Positions 19,354 to 28,620 of a stretch of 64,000 nt of DNA are shown here, piece by piece. Origin of the DNA: Candidatus Nanoarchaeia archaeon (lineage in GTDB: Archaea > Nanobdellota > Nanobdellia > Pacearchaeales > GW2011-AR1). The notes beneath the pieces are model-generated. The model was not told where the DNA came from. It did not search any database and saw only the letters and a list, made by a program, of their open reading frames with translations. The stretch covers positions 1,523 through 65,522 of the forward strand of contig JAQTOY010000001.1 of assembly GCA_028713045.1 (NCBI GenBank), in the 5' to 3' direction. The translations under genes and the position numbers were made by a program. How positions within the stretch are numbered: position 1 is the first letter of the stretch; each line of letters opens with the position of its first letter.

Positions 19354-19360
19354 ATTAAAA

Positions 19361-19753
19361 TTATAATCTAACCATCTCATGTAATTTGTAACCTAACCAT
19401 TTCAGATTTAAAGCTTCTTCTTTTTCTGTTTCTTGCCCTTTAAAGACATCCCTATAAAAATCTGGGGAATTTAAAGTCTCTTCTGCTTGAAGTACATAAG
19501 CACGTGGATCTCTTCTATCGCATAACTCATGTTCTACTCTAAAATTCATTTCACTTATATGAACAACTGAGCATAAATCGACTTTTCCAGTACATGCAAG
19601 AAATTTATTTATGATATGGTTAGCTCTCTCTAGATCTCCGCTGTCTTCAGCTTCCATAGCTTTGCTTATTTCTCTATAACCATCTGCACATTTTAATGCA
19701 ACAGGTTTTACTTCTCTATCCCAAAAATCTTCGATTTCTTTAAGTGTTGCCAT
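19361..19753 (-). CDS. hypothetical protein
   Basis: 130-aa ORF, no recognisable motif. Confidence 0.55.
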   Translation of the reverse strand: MATLKEIEDFWDREVKPVALKCADGYREISKAMEAEDSGDLERANHIINKFLACTGKVDLCSVVHISEMNFRVEHELCDRRDPRAYVLQAEETLNSPDFYRDVFKGQETEKEEALNLKWLGYKLHEMVRL

Positions 19754-19939
19754 TTTTAATATTTTTTAAAAATTTTATTGTTTAGCGCAATAACTAACCC
19801 TTTAAAAACCTTTTGAATTTTTTTTTAACTAACATAAAGCTTTATAAAACAGGATTTCATAATGAAATTAATTCATAAAAATGAAAAATTGGATAATAAG
19901 TTCAATTGCGTTATAATCTAATAGAAAGGAGGCTTAAAA

Positions 19940-20083
19940 ATGACTGAAGCATATTGCGTTAAATGTAAGAAAACAGTTACAATGAAGGACGGAAAAGAGT
20001 CAAAGACGAAAAGAGGAACAACTATGATGAAAGGAAAATGTCCTAATTGTGGAACTACTGTCTGCAGAATAGGCGGTAAATAA
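19940..20083 (+). CDS. 47-aa basic zinc-ribbon protein (DUF5679-like), absent from ORF track
   Basis: MTEAYCVKCKKTVTMKDGKESKTKRGTTMMKGKCPNCGTTVCRIGGK; strong SD AAGGAGG; TTTATAAA box upstream. Confidence 0.88.
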   Translation: MTEAYCVKCKKTVTMKDGKESKTKRGTTMMKGKCPNCGTTVCRIGGK

Positions 20084-20110
20084 ATTTATTTAAATTTTAT
20101 ATTTTTTATT

Positions 20111-20407
20111 ATGCAATTAAAGATTCATGAGGCTTATAGAAAGATTGTTGCTTTGGCTGATACTAGTTTAATTGGTAAAACATTCTCAGAGGGAATTAAA
20201 CAGATAGAGATTAAACCTGGTTTTTTCCAGGGAGAGGAAAAATCCCAAAAAGAGGTCTTGAAAATATTAAAAGACATGGAAAAAGAAGATGCTACTTTTA
20301 ATATAGTTGGCAAAGAAGCAATTGAAACCGCTATTGAGGCAAGAATAATCTCAAAAAACGGAATAATTGAAATTGACGGGATTCCCATTGCCTTGGGATT
20401 GATGTAG
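20111..20407 (+). CDS. DUF424 family protein
   Basis: IVALAD..LIGKTF.EG, FFQG, NIVGKEAI, IDGIP.A. Confidence 0.85.
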   Translation: MQLKIHEAYRKIVALADTSLIGKTFSEGIKQIEIKPGFFQGEEKSQKEVLKILKDMEKEDATFNIVGKEAIETAIEARIISKNGIIEIDGIPIALGLM

Positions 20408-20495
20408 GAATATATTCTAGATTAAATAAACTTTTATTAATCAAATTGCAAAAAATCATCAGTACATTTAAAAACAATCTTTCTTTTAATCTTTC

Positions 20496-20849
20496 ATGCA
20501 AAAATTTAAAGATAAATCCAAAAAAAATAAAGGATTTGCTCCTCAACAAGCACCACAGGAATTTACAAGAGTCCGAATTCCAAGAAATAAAGAGGTTATA
20601 GGAATAGTTGAACAAAGAGTTGGAGCAAACAGGATGATTGTAAAATGCCTGGATGAAAAAGAAAGAAATTGCAGGATTCCGGGTTCTTTGAGAAGAACTT
20701 TATGGATAAGGCCTGGTGATACAGTAATTGTTGAGCCATGGGAATTTGAGGGAGATACAAGAGGGGATATATTATTCAAATACACGCCGGCAGCAATAGA
20801 ATGGCTGAAAAGAAAAGGGTTTATCAAAGAAACTAAAAATGAGTTCTGA
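20496..20849 (+). CDS. eif1a: translation initiation factor aIF-1A
   Basis: RVRIP, CRIPG..R..WIRPGD.VIVEPW, WLKRKG. Confidence 0.96.
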   Translation: MQKFKDKSKKNKGFAPQQAPQEFTRVRIPRNKEVIGIVEQRVGANRMIVKCLDEKERNCRIPGSLRRTLWIRPGDTVIVEPWEFEGDTRGDILFKYTPAAIEWLKRKGFIKETKNEF

Positions 20850-20912
20850 TAGAAATAATTAAAAACTTTAATGAATTAATTTTAGTCTGTACTTATCTCA
20901 ATAAAATTTAAA

Positions 20913-21455
20913 ATGACACAAGAAATCTACATTGAAACCATCCCGCAGGTAATTGCTAATAAGAAAAAGCTTGAGAAAGAATTGGATGTTAAAATAACGA
21001 ACAAAGGAAAGCTTGTATTTGTGGAGGGAGAAGGGGATAAGGAATATATTGCATTAAAGGTTCTTGAAGCAATCAACCTGGATTTTTCAGTTCAAAGGGC
21101 TCTTTTATTAAAAGATGAAAATGTTATTCTTCAGGTCATGCACATAAAAGATATTACAAAAAGAAAAGATTTGCATGTGATAAAATCAAGGATAATCGGA
21201 ACAAGCGGAAAAACCTTGAAAAATCTTTGTCATTTGACTGATTGTTTGGTTTCTCTAAAAGATAATGAAATAGGAATAATTGGAGAAGCTGACTTTATTG
21301 AATTTGCAATTCAGGCATTAACATCTTTGATTAAAGGCAGCAAACAAGCTAATGTTTATGCAAGGCTTGAACGGGAAAAAAAGAACCGAAGATTAAACCC
21401 CAAAAGTTATCAGAGTTTTAAAAACGAATTGGATAGAGAATTAAGAAAATTCTAG
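20913..21455 (+). CDS. KH-domain ribosome biogenesis protein (Dim2/Krr1-like)
   Basis: RIIGTSGKT KH motif, LIKGSKQANVYARLE; usual neighbour of aIF-1A. Confidence 0.88.
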   Translation: MTQEIYIETIPQVIANKKKLEKELDVKITNKGKLVFVEGEGDKEYIALKVLEAINLDFSVQRALLLKDENVILQVMHIKDITKRKDLHVIKSRIIGTSGKTLKNLCHLTDCLVSLKDNEIGIIGEADFIEFAIQALTSLIKGSKQANVYARLEREKKNRRLNPKSYQSFKNELDRELRKF

Positions 21456-21499
21456 GAACAAATACTTTTAAATATACTATTTTTCTAAAGTTTGTATGA

Positions 21500-21572
21500 G
21501 TCCCTGTAGCTCAGCTGGTAGAGCATTCGACTGTTAATCGAAGGGTCGGAGGTCCGAGTCCTCCCGGGGACG
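21500..21572 (+). tRNA. tRNA-Asn(GUU)
   Basis: acceptor GTCCCTG/CGGGGAC, anticodon arm TTCGA-CTGTTAA-TCGAA, T-arm GGAGG-TCCGAGT-CCTCC, discriminator G. Confidence 0.95.
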
Positions 21573-21606
21573 TAACCTTTTTATACTTTTAAAGGATTAT
21601 TTGTTT

Positions 21607-21783
21607 ATGGTTGATACAAATCCTTTTTCAATGACAAATGTTTTCGGGGGAGTATTTGAACCCTTTAAAAGCTGGGCTCTTCCAGTTGGAATAATCCTGA
21701 TACTAATAGTAATTTTTTTAATAATTAAATCTATACAGAAAAAAAATTCTGAAAGAAATATAGATTTGATTAGAAGAGGGTGA
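21607..21783 (+). CDS. small single-pass membrane protein
   Basis: ATG at 21607, one TM helix followed by a basic tail. Confidence 0.55.
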   Translation: MVDTNPFSMTNVFGGVFEPFKSWALPVGIILILIVIFLIIKSIQKKNSERNIDLIRRG

Positions 21784-21823
21784 AAATCAAAACCCTTTTA
21801 TACTTCTGTTAATTGATTTAATT

Positions 21824-22393
21824 ATGGAATTCAATGAAGTTATAAAAAAACGAGCATCTGTAAGAAATTATGGTACTAAAAAACCGGATGTGGAATTAGT
21901 GATAAAAGCAATAGAATCTTCAAATTTGGCGCCTTCTCCTGGAAATCTTAATATAATAAAATGGATAATTGTTGAGGATAAACAAAAGATTGAGAAAATT
22001 GCAGAAGCTTCCCAGCAGGAATTCATAAAACAATCGCAGATTTTGGTTGTTTTTTGTTCAGATCCAAAAAAAGCAGAATCTATTTATGATGACCGAGCAG
22101 ATAGATATGTAAAACAGCATGCAGGAGCTGCAATTGAAAATTTCCTTTTAAAAATAACTGAGTCAGGATTATCTGCGTGCTGGATAGGCGCTTATGTTGA
22201 TGAAAGCATAAGAGCAATTCTAGGAATTCCTGAAAATATTGAAGTAGAGGCGGTTTTTCCAATTGGCTATCAGGCAAAATTATGTAAAACCAAGCAAAAA
22301 CAAAAAGTGTCTATTTTTGAAAGAGTCTTCTTTGAAAAATGGAATAATAAGTATCATTTTCCTCTTGAAAAAGTCAGAAGAGAGGATATTTAG
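21824..22393 (+). CDS. nitroreductase family protein
   Basis: R.SVR.Y, APSPGN, GLSACWIG, PIGY. Confidence 0.92.
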   Translation: MEFNEVIKKRASVRNYGTKKPDVELVIKAIESSNLAPSPGNLNIIKWIIVEDKQKIEKIAEASQQEFIKQSQILVVFCSDPKKAESIYDDRADRYVKQHAGAAIENFLLKITESGLSACWIGAYVDESIRAILGIPENIEVEAVFPIGYQAKLCKTKQKQKVSIFERVFFEKWNNKYHFPLEKVRREDI

Positions 22394-22722
22394 TATAACT
22401 TTACTCCAACTGGAGCATCTTTATCTGGTTTAATTAAAAGACATTCCTTATTTTTATCTGGAACTCCTAAAGTTAGAACTTCGGATAAAACTTGACCTAT
22501 TTGCCTTGGTGGAAAATTAACAACACAAAGAACTAATTTTTCTTTTAAATCTTCTTTTTTATAATTTTTAACAATCTGGACACTTGATTTTTTAATTCCT
22601 ATTTCATTTCCAAAATCTATTGTTAGTTTATATGCAGGTTTCTTTGCTTCTGGAAAATCTTCAACATATATAATCTTACCAACCCTAATATCCAGTTTTT
22701 GAAAATCTTCAAATGTTGCCAT
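22390..22722 (-). CDS. csaA: CsaA / Trbp111 tRNA-binding chaperone
   Basis: DFQKLDIRVG, PAYKL.IDFG, VVNFPPRQIG..SEVL.LG. Confidence 0.93.
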   Translation of the reverse strand: MATFEDFQKLDIRVGKIIYVEDFPEAKKPAYKLTIDFGNEIGIKKSSVQIVKNYKKEDLKEKLVLCVVNFPPRQIGQVLSEVLTLGVPDKNKECLLIKPDKDAPVGVKLY

Positions 22723-22723
22723 G

Positions 22724-23497
22724 TTATCTTTGCGAATAATACCTGTCTAATTCAAAATAAGAACAACCGCTACCTCTGTATCTTTCTTGGCTCATTCTGT
22801 ATTGCCTTTGGCGACCATTCTCACGCCATTCATCTGCTAAATCTTTTCTTCCAGCCTTTGCAAATAATTTTGCAGCTTTGTTAAAGAATTTATTGCCTTT
22901 TGCATTATCTCTACTCCTAATAGCATATGATCCTGCTCTTATGTACCAATCCGCAATATCACAGAGATCTGTTTGTTGCCTAGCAAAATAAACTGCAAAT
23001 TTGCATGCATCATTAGGCTTTCCGGCAAGAGCAGCCATATTTGATGCAAATTTATAATTTCTTGACCTACGAAAATAATCAAAAGCCCTTTTTTCAAGTC
23101 TTTCGTCTATAAATTTAAACGCTCTTTCAGCCCCATAATTAAACATACAAATATCATGGCTTGTGAAAGCCGGATGAATTTCATTTCTATAAAAACATGC
23201 CCTATAAATAAAAAAAGCAAATGCTTCTTCAAGATTCTCATCTTTTTCACTATCAAAAGAATATATTACTTCTCTAACTTCCGGCGAGTTCATTAATTCT
23301 GGTTCTATTGATTCTTTTAGTCTTGAGACTAAATTTCTATCTAAAGGATTAATTTGATTAGCTAAAAAGGGTATTACTCTAGCAACTAATTCTGAATGTT
23401 CTTTTTCAGCTTTCCTTCTACCTTCATCCCATTTTCTATTGTATTCTTTCCAAAATTCATCTGAAAATAAACTTGGAGGTTTTATTTGGTTAGTCAT
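22724..23497 (-). CDS. hypothetical helical (TPR/SNAP-like) protein
   Basis: Ala-rich helical repeats in the C-terminal half; 1 nt from csaA start. Confidence 0.55.
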   Translation of the reverse strand: MTNQIKPPSLFSDEFWKEYNRKWDEGRRKAEKEHSELVARVIPFLANQINPLDRNLVSRLKESIEPELMNSPEVREVIYSFDSEKDENLEEAFAFFIYRACFYRNEIHPAFTSHDICMFNYGAERAFKFIDERLEKRAFDYFRRSRNYKFASNMAALAGKPNDACKFAVYFARQQTDLCDIADWYIRAGSYAIRSRDNAKGNKFFNKAAKLFAKAGRKDLADEWRENGRQRQYRMSQERYRGSGCSYFELDRYYSQR

Positions 23498-23571
23498 ATT
23501 TTTCTATTCTCACAGAACTCTTTTTCCCTTAGGATGACTAATCCTAGAAAAAATCTTTTATTTAATTTATA

Positions 23572-23585
23572 CCGAACAGGTTCGG
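23572..23585. promoter_or_regulatory. palindromic operator candidate CCGAAC-AG-GTTCGG
   Basis: GC-rich palindrome abutting a minus-strand TATAAA box, next to an HTH regulator gene. Confidence 0.5.
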
Positions 23586-23616
23586 CTTTTAGAATTTAGA
23601 TTTAATATTCTTAGAT

Positions 23617-24288
23617 TTATTGTTTGATATTTTCTTCAATTATGATAGGAAGAAGTTTTAATTCAGCTTTTCTTAAATGCTCTTGAAAAGTTGATTTTGC
23701 AATACCAGAAAATTTAGCTAATTTTTGTATTGTAATCTTTCTTGGATAATTATAATATCCATTTTTATATGCGATTTCAACAGCTTTTTTTTGCTCTTTT
23801 GAAAGTGAAGGAGAAAGTACTGGAAATCTTATTTCATTAATATCTGATTGTTCTAATCGCATAATCTCACATCCATCCATATGCTTTTCTTCTTCTTTAA
23901 TAAATTTTTCAAGAATTTTTCTGTTCCATGCGGCAATTTCCCAATATTCGTGCCCGTCAAAATGATTAACAGTGGGTTTTACAAAAAATATTTGATGATT
24001 ATAATATAGCATCACATGTTCTCCTTTTTTTCCAAGATTAATTTCATAAACAAAATTATCTCTAGAAACTTCAACTTTTGTTATTCTTTTGTCAGACCTT
24101 AAATCTTTAATAAACGCTTTTTTTGCTTTTTCATCACTGCATTGAAAATAACAAATAGTAGTGGCGTATTTGTTTCCATTTCTTTCATACCAAATACTTG
24201 GATAAGAAAGAACAATTAGATTAAATTTAATGCATCTATTAACAATCGGGCAATCATTATGATAAAGCTTTAATTTTGTAATCCACAT
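23617..24288 (-). CDS. Bat-like HTH_10 transcriptional regulator
   Basis: LSKEQ..A...AY..GYY.YPRK.....LA...GI..ST..EHLRKAE. Confidence 0.9.
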   Translation of the reverse strand: MWITKLKLYHNDCPIVNRCIKFNLIVLSYPSIWYERNGNKYATTICYFQCSDEKAKKAFIKDLRSDKRITKVEVSRDNFVYEINLGKKGEHVMLYYNHQIFFVKPTVNHFDGHEYWEIAAWNRKILEKFIKEEEKHMDGCEIMRLEQSDINEIRFPVLSPSLSKEQKKAVEIAYKNGYYNYPRKITIQKLAKFSGIAKSTFQEHLRKAELKLLPIIIEENIKQ

Positions 24289-24347
24289 AAGAATTAGGAT
24301 AATTTTAAGTATTTAATTTTTAGTAAATCTATATTTTAAGAAAGAAT

Positions 24348-24682
24348 TTAATCTTCTCTTTTAACCGTCAAGTCTACTAATTCTAATCTTTGTCTTCTTT
24401 TAACTTCTTCCATAGCGGAATCTGCAACTTCTCTTGTTCTTTTAAGAAGCCTTTGATCTGTGGATTCCCTGTCTGCAGCATTTCTATGATCAGAAATACC
24501 ATAAACTTTCCACCTATCTCTTTGCGTAGATCCAAATCTTTCCTCTAGTAAATAATGTTTATCTAATTCTCTGGCAGTTACTTCATAAACAACCTTTCTT
24601 CGTTCTAATAGTCCACTTGAGAAACTCGGTAACCCCATTTTTCGGGTTCTTGAATTTCTAAAGGTTCAATTCTTATTTCCAT
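24348..24682 (-). pseudogene. hypothetical gene, possibly frameshifted
   Basis: promoter-proximal ATG 24682 opens MEIRIEPLEIQEPEKWGYRVSQVDY*, overlapping the 24348..24638 ORF in another frame. Confidence 0.4.
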
Positions 24683-24739
24683 AAAATAATCTTCCAATAA
24701 TCCTTTATAAACATTTATATTATATTTTTTTAAGAATAT

Positions 24740-24768
24740 AAAAAACACCCCTCAAAAAACAAAGGGGC
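24740..24768 (-). terminator. hairpin + U-tract after ftsZ
   Basis: minus strand GCCCCTT-loop-GAGGGGT followed by GTTTTTT. Confidence 0.55.
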
Positions 24769-24798
24769 AAATAAATTGATATAATTAATTTAACTAAT

Positions 24799-25893
24799 CT
24801 ACCATCTATCTCGTACGACTTCAATTCCGAATTCTGAGAATTCAGAGGCAGCGCCTCTTGACTCAGTTTCTCTGAATCTTTGTTTTCCTAAGATATATGG
24901 GCTTGATACACCAGTCATGATTGTAATAACTCGGACTTTTCCCTCAAATTCTTTGTTAATTCTAGCTCCGATAATAACCTGAGCTTCAGGAGATATGTTG
25001 TCTGTTACAAGTTTACCTATTTGGCTGAATTCTTCAAGTTTCATGTCCGGACCGCATGTGATATGGATTAAAGCTCCGTTGGCACCTTTGTAGTCCACGT
25101 CTAACAATGGATGTGTTAAAGCCTGCCTTACAGCTTCATTTACCCTATCACTAGAGTCTGCTTCACCAATTCCGATAACAGCTACTTCTCCTTTTTTCAT
25201 TATTGAGGATACGTCTGCATAGTCTAAGTTGATTAAAGATGGAAGAGTGATTGTTTCAACAATTCCTTTTATCATTGTACTTATTAATTCATTTGCAACA
25301 GCAAAAGCTTGTTGAATAGGCAATTGTCCTGCAATATCAACAAGTCTGTTGTTATCAATAACAATAACTGTGTCAGAATTGTCTCTTAATTCTTGCAATC
25401 CAAACTCTGCCTTGTCAATTCTTGCTTTCTCACATTCAAAAGGCATTGTAACAACTCCAATAACTACTGAACCTGTTTCTTTTGACATTTGAGCTACAAC
25501 TGGCATTGCTCCTGTTCCTGTTCCGCCGCCTTCTCCGCCTAATATGAAAATCATATCTGCTCCAGAGACAGCTTTCTTTATTTCTGAAAGAGATTCTTTT
25601 GCAGCTTCTCTTCCAACTTCTGCCTTTCCACCTGCACCAAGACCTCTTGTAAGTTCCTTACCAATAAGAATCTTATCATCAGCCTTTGTGATGCTTAAGT
25701 GTAATGCATCAGTGTTCATTCCATAAACAGTTGCTCCATTAATGCCCTTGTTGAATAACCAAGTGACCGCGTTGCATCCTGCTCCTCCACAACCGAAAAC
25801 TTTAATGTTAGCTTTTCCAGCTTTCAAATCATCAAAGTTTATACTATGTGTATCGATATTTTCTATCGCTTCTTTTGCAAAGTCTAAAACCAT
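24799..25893 (-). CDS. ftsZ: cell division protein FtsZ (probably FtsZ2 clade)
   Basis: GGAGCNAV, NTD, GGGTGTG, TITLPSLINLDYADV; SD AAGGAGGT. Confidence 0.97.
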   Translation of the reverse strand: MVLDFAKEAIENIDTHSINFDDLKAGKANIKVFGCGGAGCNAVTWLFNKGINGATVYGMNTDALHLSITKADDKILIGKELTRGLGAGGKAEVGREAAKESLSEIKKAVSGADMIFILGGEGGGTGTGAMPVVAQMSKETGSVVIGVVTMPFECEKARIDKAEFGLQELRDNSDTVIVIDNNRLVDIAGQLPIQQAFAVANELISTMIKGIVETITLPSLINLDYADVSSIMKKGEVAVIGIGEADSSDRVNEAVRQALTHPLLDVDYKGANGALIHITCGPDMKLEEFSQIGKLVTDNISPEAQVIIGARINKEFEGKVRVITIMTGVSSPYILGKQRFRETESRGAASEFSEFGIEVVRDRW

Positions 25894-26252
25894 TTTTTTT
25901 ACCTCCTTTCATTACTTTTAAGCAATACCAAACAATTTAAATATTCGGGTTTCTCTCTATAAAATAAGGAGTAAACTAATAACTAAGAAAAGCTTTTTAA
26001 TTCACCTTTTTTAATCAATTTTAATCTCTGCAAAGATTAAAATTGTTTTTTTCTTTTGAATTTATAAAAATTATTACAATTCTTTCTTTAAAAACATTTC
26101 TCATGACAGAAATATGTAATGAATTGTATATGTTAGGTTAAAAAAACAATGATTTCAGATAGAAAAAATTCCGTCAATAATCTTGTCCTGTTTTAACTAG
26201 CGGATACATTGTCTGAATTTTTATGGTGTTAACTACTTATATGTTCGGGATT

Positions 26253-26840
26253 TTAATCCAAAGTAGTTAACATTAAAGAATTCAATTTTTCTATTTTTTT
26301 CCAGGTCAATTCAAGTTTTTTGTTGGCCTCTTTGACTAAAAATTTTAAATAGTTGTCATCAACAAGGACTTCCCCATTGTTAATGATAGGGAGACTAATA
26401 TTTTCGGCACTTATTAATTCAATTATCAATCTTTTGTCAGTTGAGATTATTCCAGATTTTTTCCATCCATTGTTTCTTGCTATGTCAAACAATTTTTTTT
26501 GTGATTCTGAATTTCTGCATGAGACAACTAACAAACAAGGTTCTTGCTTGAAATAGACAATTCCTGAATCATCTTTGGCAAATTTTGAATTCTCTAATTG
26601 TAATTTCAATTCCCCAAAACTAGTTTTTTCATGAGTTCTCCAAAGAAACAATCCTGGAAGTTTTTTTGTATTATCCTTTACAAGAGTTATTCTTCCAGAA
26701 CAGCTACTTGTTGTATAATAATCCTTCATTGAATTTATCTTATCACATAAACTTTTTATTTTTTCATCAGTATCTCCGATGCTACTTTTGTCTTTCTTTC
26801 CTAAAACATCTTGCTTGTATTTATCAAATGATGTTACCAT
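26253..26840 (-). CDS. taw3: wyosine methyltransferase Taw3/TYW3
   Basis: D..I..L...IN....Y.TTSSCSGRI, G.K.SGI. Confidence 0.9.
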   Translation of the reverse strand: MVTSFDKYKQDVLGKKDKSSIGDTDEKIKSLCDKINSMKDYYTTSSCSGRITLVKDNTKKLPGLFLWRTHEKTSFGELKLQLENSKFAKDDSGIVYFKQEPCLLVVSCRNSESQKKLFDIARNNGWKKSGIISTDKRLIIELISAENISLPIINNGEVLVDDNYLKFLVKEANKKLELTWKKIEKLNSLMLTTLD

Positions 26841-26891
26841 AGAAAAATTAAAATAAAGAGATTTTTAAACTCTTTTCTTCTCACTACATAA

Positions 26892-27941
26892 ATGGAAACC
26901 CCCTATTTCCTATTCAAACCAAAAATTCTTGTTCAAAATTATTTGGAATTTGAAAACCTTTGCCAAAGATGCTTTCCTAGTTTTAAGATATGCTACTCAG
27001 TAAAAACTAATAGTTTTTCAGGAGTGATTAAGACTCTTACAAAATTAGGGAGCAGTTTTGAGGTTGCTTCTTTAAATGAGATGAAATTGGTTCCAAAGAA
27101 ATTTGTTGTTTTTAATGGTCCCTGTAAAACAGAAGAAGAACTGAAAATAGCAATTAAAAATAAATTTCTTATTAATGTTGATTCTAAATCAGAGATAAAT
27201 AAGATTTACAACTTGGCAAGAGGAAATAACTTGGAGATTGGTTTAAGGGTTTCTTTTAAAGAATCAAAATTTGGTTTTGATGAAAAACAATTAATAGATA
27301 TGGTTGATTATGCTGTTTCTAAAAATCTTTCTGTATCCTGCATACATTTTCATCAGGGAACTCAGATGAATCTTTCCGAATACAAAGCTAATTTAGACAA
27401 GCTTTCAATATTCATTTATTTTCTTGATAAAAAAGGGATAAAATTAAAATATATAGATATTGGAGGAGGTTTTCCAGATAAAGTACAATTAAAAAATCTG
27501 AGTTTAAACTTGGAGAATTATTTTAATGCTATAAATCAATATCTCAGTAAATTTAATTTGACAATAATTCTAGAACCTGGAAGAAATTTGGTTTGCGATG
27601 CATTTGAATTAATAACTCAGGTGAATGTAATAAAGGAGAATTTTGGAAGGACTTATGCTGTTTTGGATGCTGGAATCAATCTACTGCCAAAAATAACACT
27701 TTCAACTTATAAATTTTCAAAGTTAAATAAAGAAAATTTAAATCCAAAAAATAAAACCTCTCAAAGAGGCGAATATATTTTAGCTGGACCTTTGCTTTTT
27801 TCCAATGATATTTTAGGAAAATTCTTTGGAAATTTAAAAGAAGGTGATTTAATAAAGATAGAGAATGTTGGAGCTTACTGCTATAATCTGGCATGGGAAT
27901 TGAGCTACAAGAAGCCGCGGATTGTGGCTGAGAAAAATTAA
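26892..27941 (+). CDS. fold-III PLP decarboxylase (LysA/ODC/CANSDC family)
   Basis: YSVKTN, EVAS, SKFG, HFHQG, DIGGGFP, EPGR, GAY. Confidence 0.88.
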   Translation: METPYFLFKPKILVQNYLEFENLCQRCFPSFKICYSVKTNSFSGVIKTLTKLGSSFEVASLNEMKLVPKKFVVFNGPCKTEEELKIAIKNKFLINVDSKSEINKIYNLARGNNLEIGLRVSFKESKFGFDEKQLIDMVDYAVSKNLSVSCIHFHQGTQMNLSEYKANLDKLSIFIYFLDKKGIKLKYIDIGGGFPDKVQLKNLSLNLENYFNAINQYLSKFNLTIILEPGRNLVCDAFELITQVNVIKENFGRTYAVLDAGINLLPKITLSTYKFSKLNKENLNPKNKTSQRGEYILAGPLLFSNDILGKFFGNLKEGDLIKIENVGAYCYNLAWELSYKKPRIVAEKN

Positions 27942-27966
27942 TAAATCCTAATAATATACAAATAAA

Positions 27967-28620
27967 ATGACAAGAGTTTGTTTAATAGGTCCGGGAGATG
28001 TTGAATATCATTATCAAGAATTATTGGGATTTTCTAAAGGAAAATTAGATTCTGAATTAGAAAAAATAGCTCAGAGTCTTGTAGACTCTGATTCTGAATT
28101 GACTTTTTTACCTGATGGAGGCGTTTCTTTGGAAGTTGCAAAAAAATTCAGAGCTTTAGGAGGAAAGAAAATTATTGGATTAGTTCCTTTAAGCGATAAA
28201 CATCCGGGAATAGGGCATTTGAGACAATATATGGATACAAGCGTTGATGGAAAACCTTTGTTTGATGAATTTATTGATACGGGAGATTGGGCAAAACATG
28301 ATTTGACCATGGCTTTGTTTGGAGATGTTGTTTTATTTTTAGGAAAAAGCCCTGGAACAGAAGGAGAAAGAAATTATGGGATTTATATGTATAAAATAGT
28401 TACAGGAAGAAAAAAAGGAGTTAAGCAGCCAATAGAAACAATTCATGCTCAAGCAAGAGCAGGAAAGAATTTTCCTTATACTATAATGATATATTCCCTA
28501 TTTTTAGCTGATAAAAAATTATCTCCTGAGGATGAAGCTTATATGAAAAAATTTGGTATTAATTTATCTTATATTATCAGCCCAGAAAATTTGAAAAAAG
28601 AATTGAAAAAATTGCTTTAA
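27967..28620 (+). CDS. SLOG/LOG-like Rossmannoid protein
   Basis: LIGPG, GGV..EVA....GG..IG..P, SPGTEGE resembling PGGxGTxxE. Confidence 0.5.
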   Translation: MTRVCLIGPGDVEYHYQELLGFSKGKLDSELEKIAQSLVDSDSELTFLPDGGVSLEVAKKFRALGGKKIIGLVPLSDKHPGIGHLRQYMDTSVDGKPLFDEFIDTGDWAKHDLTMALFGDVVLFLGKSPGTEGERNYGIYMYKIVTGRKKGVKQPIETIHAQARAGKNFPYTIMIYSLFLADKKLSPEDEAYMKKFGINLSYIISPENLKKELKKLL

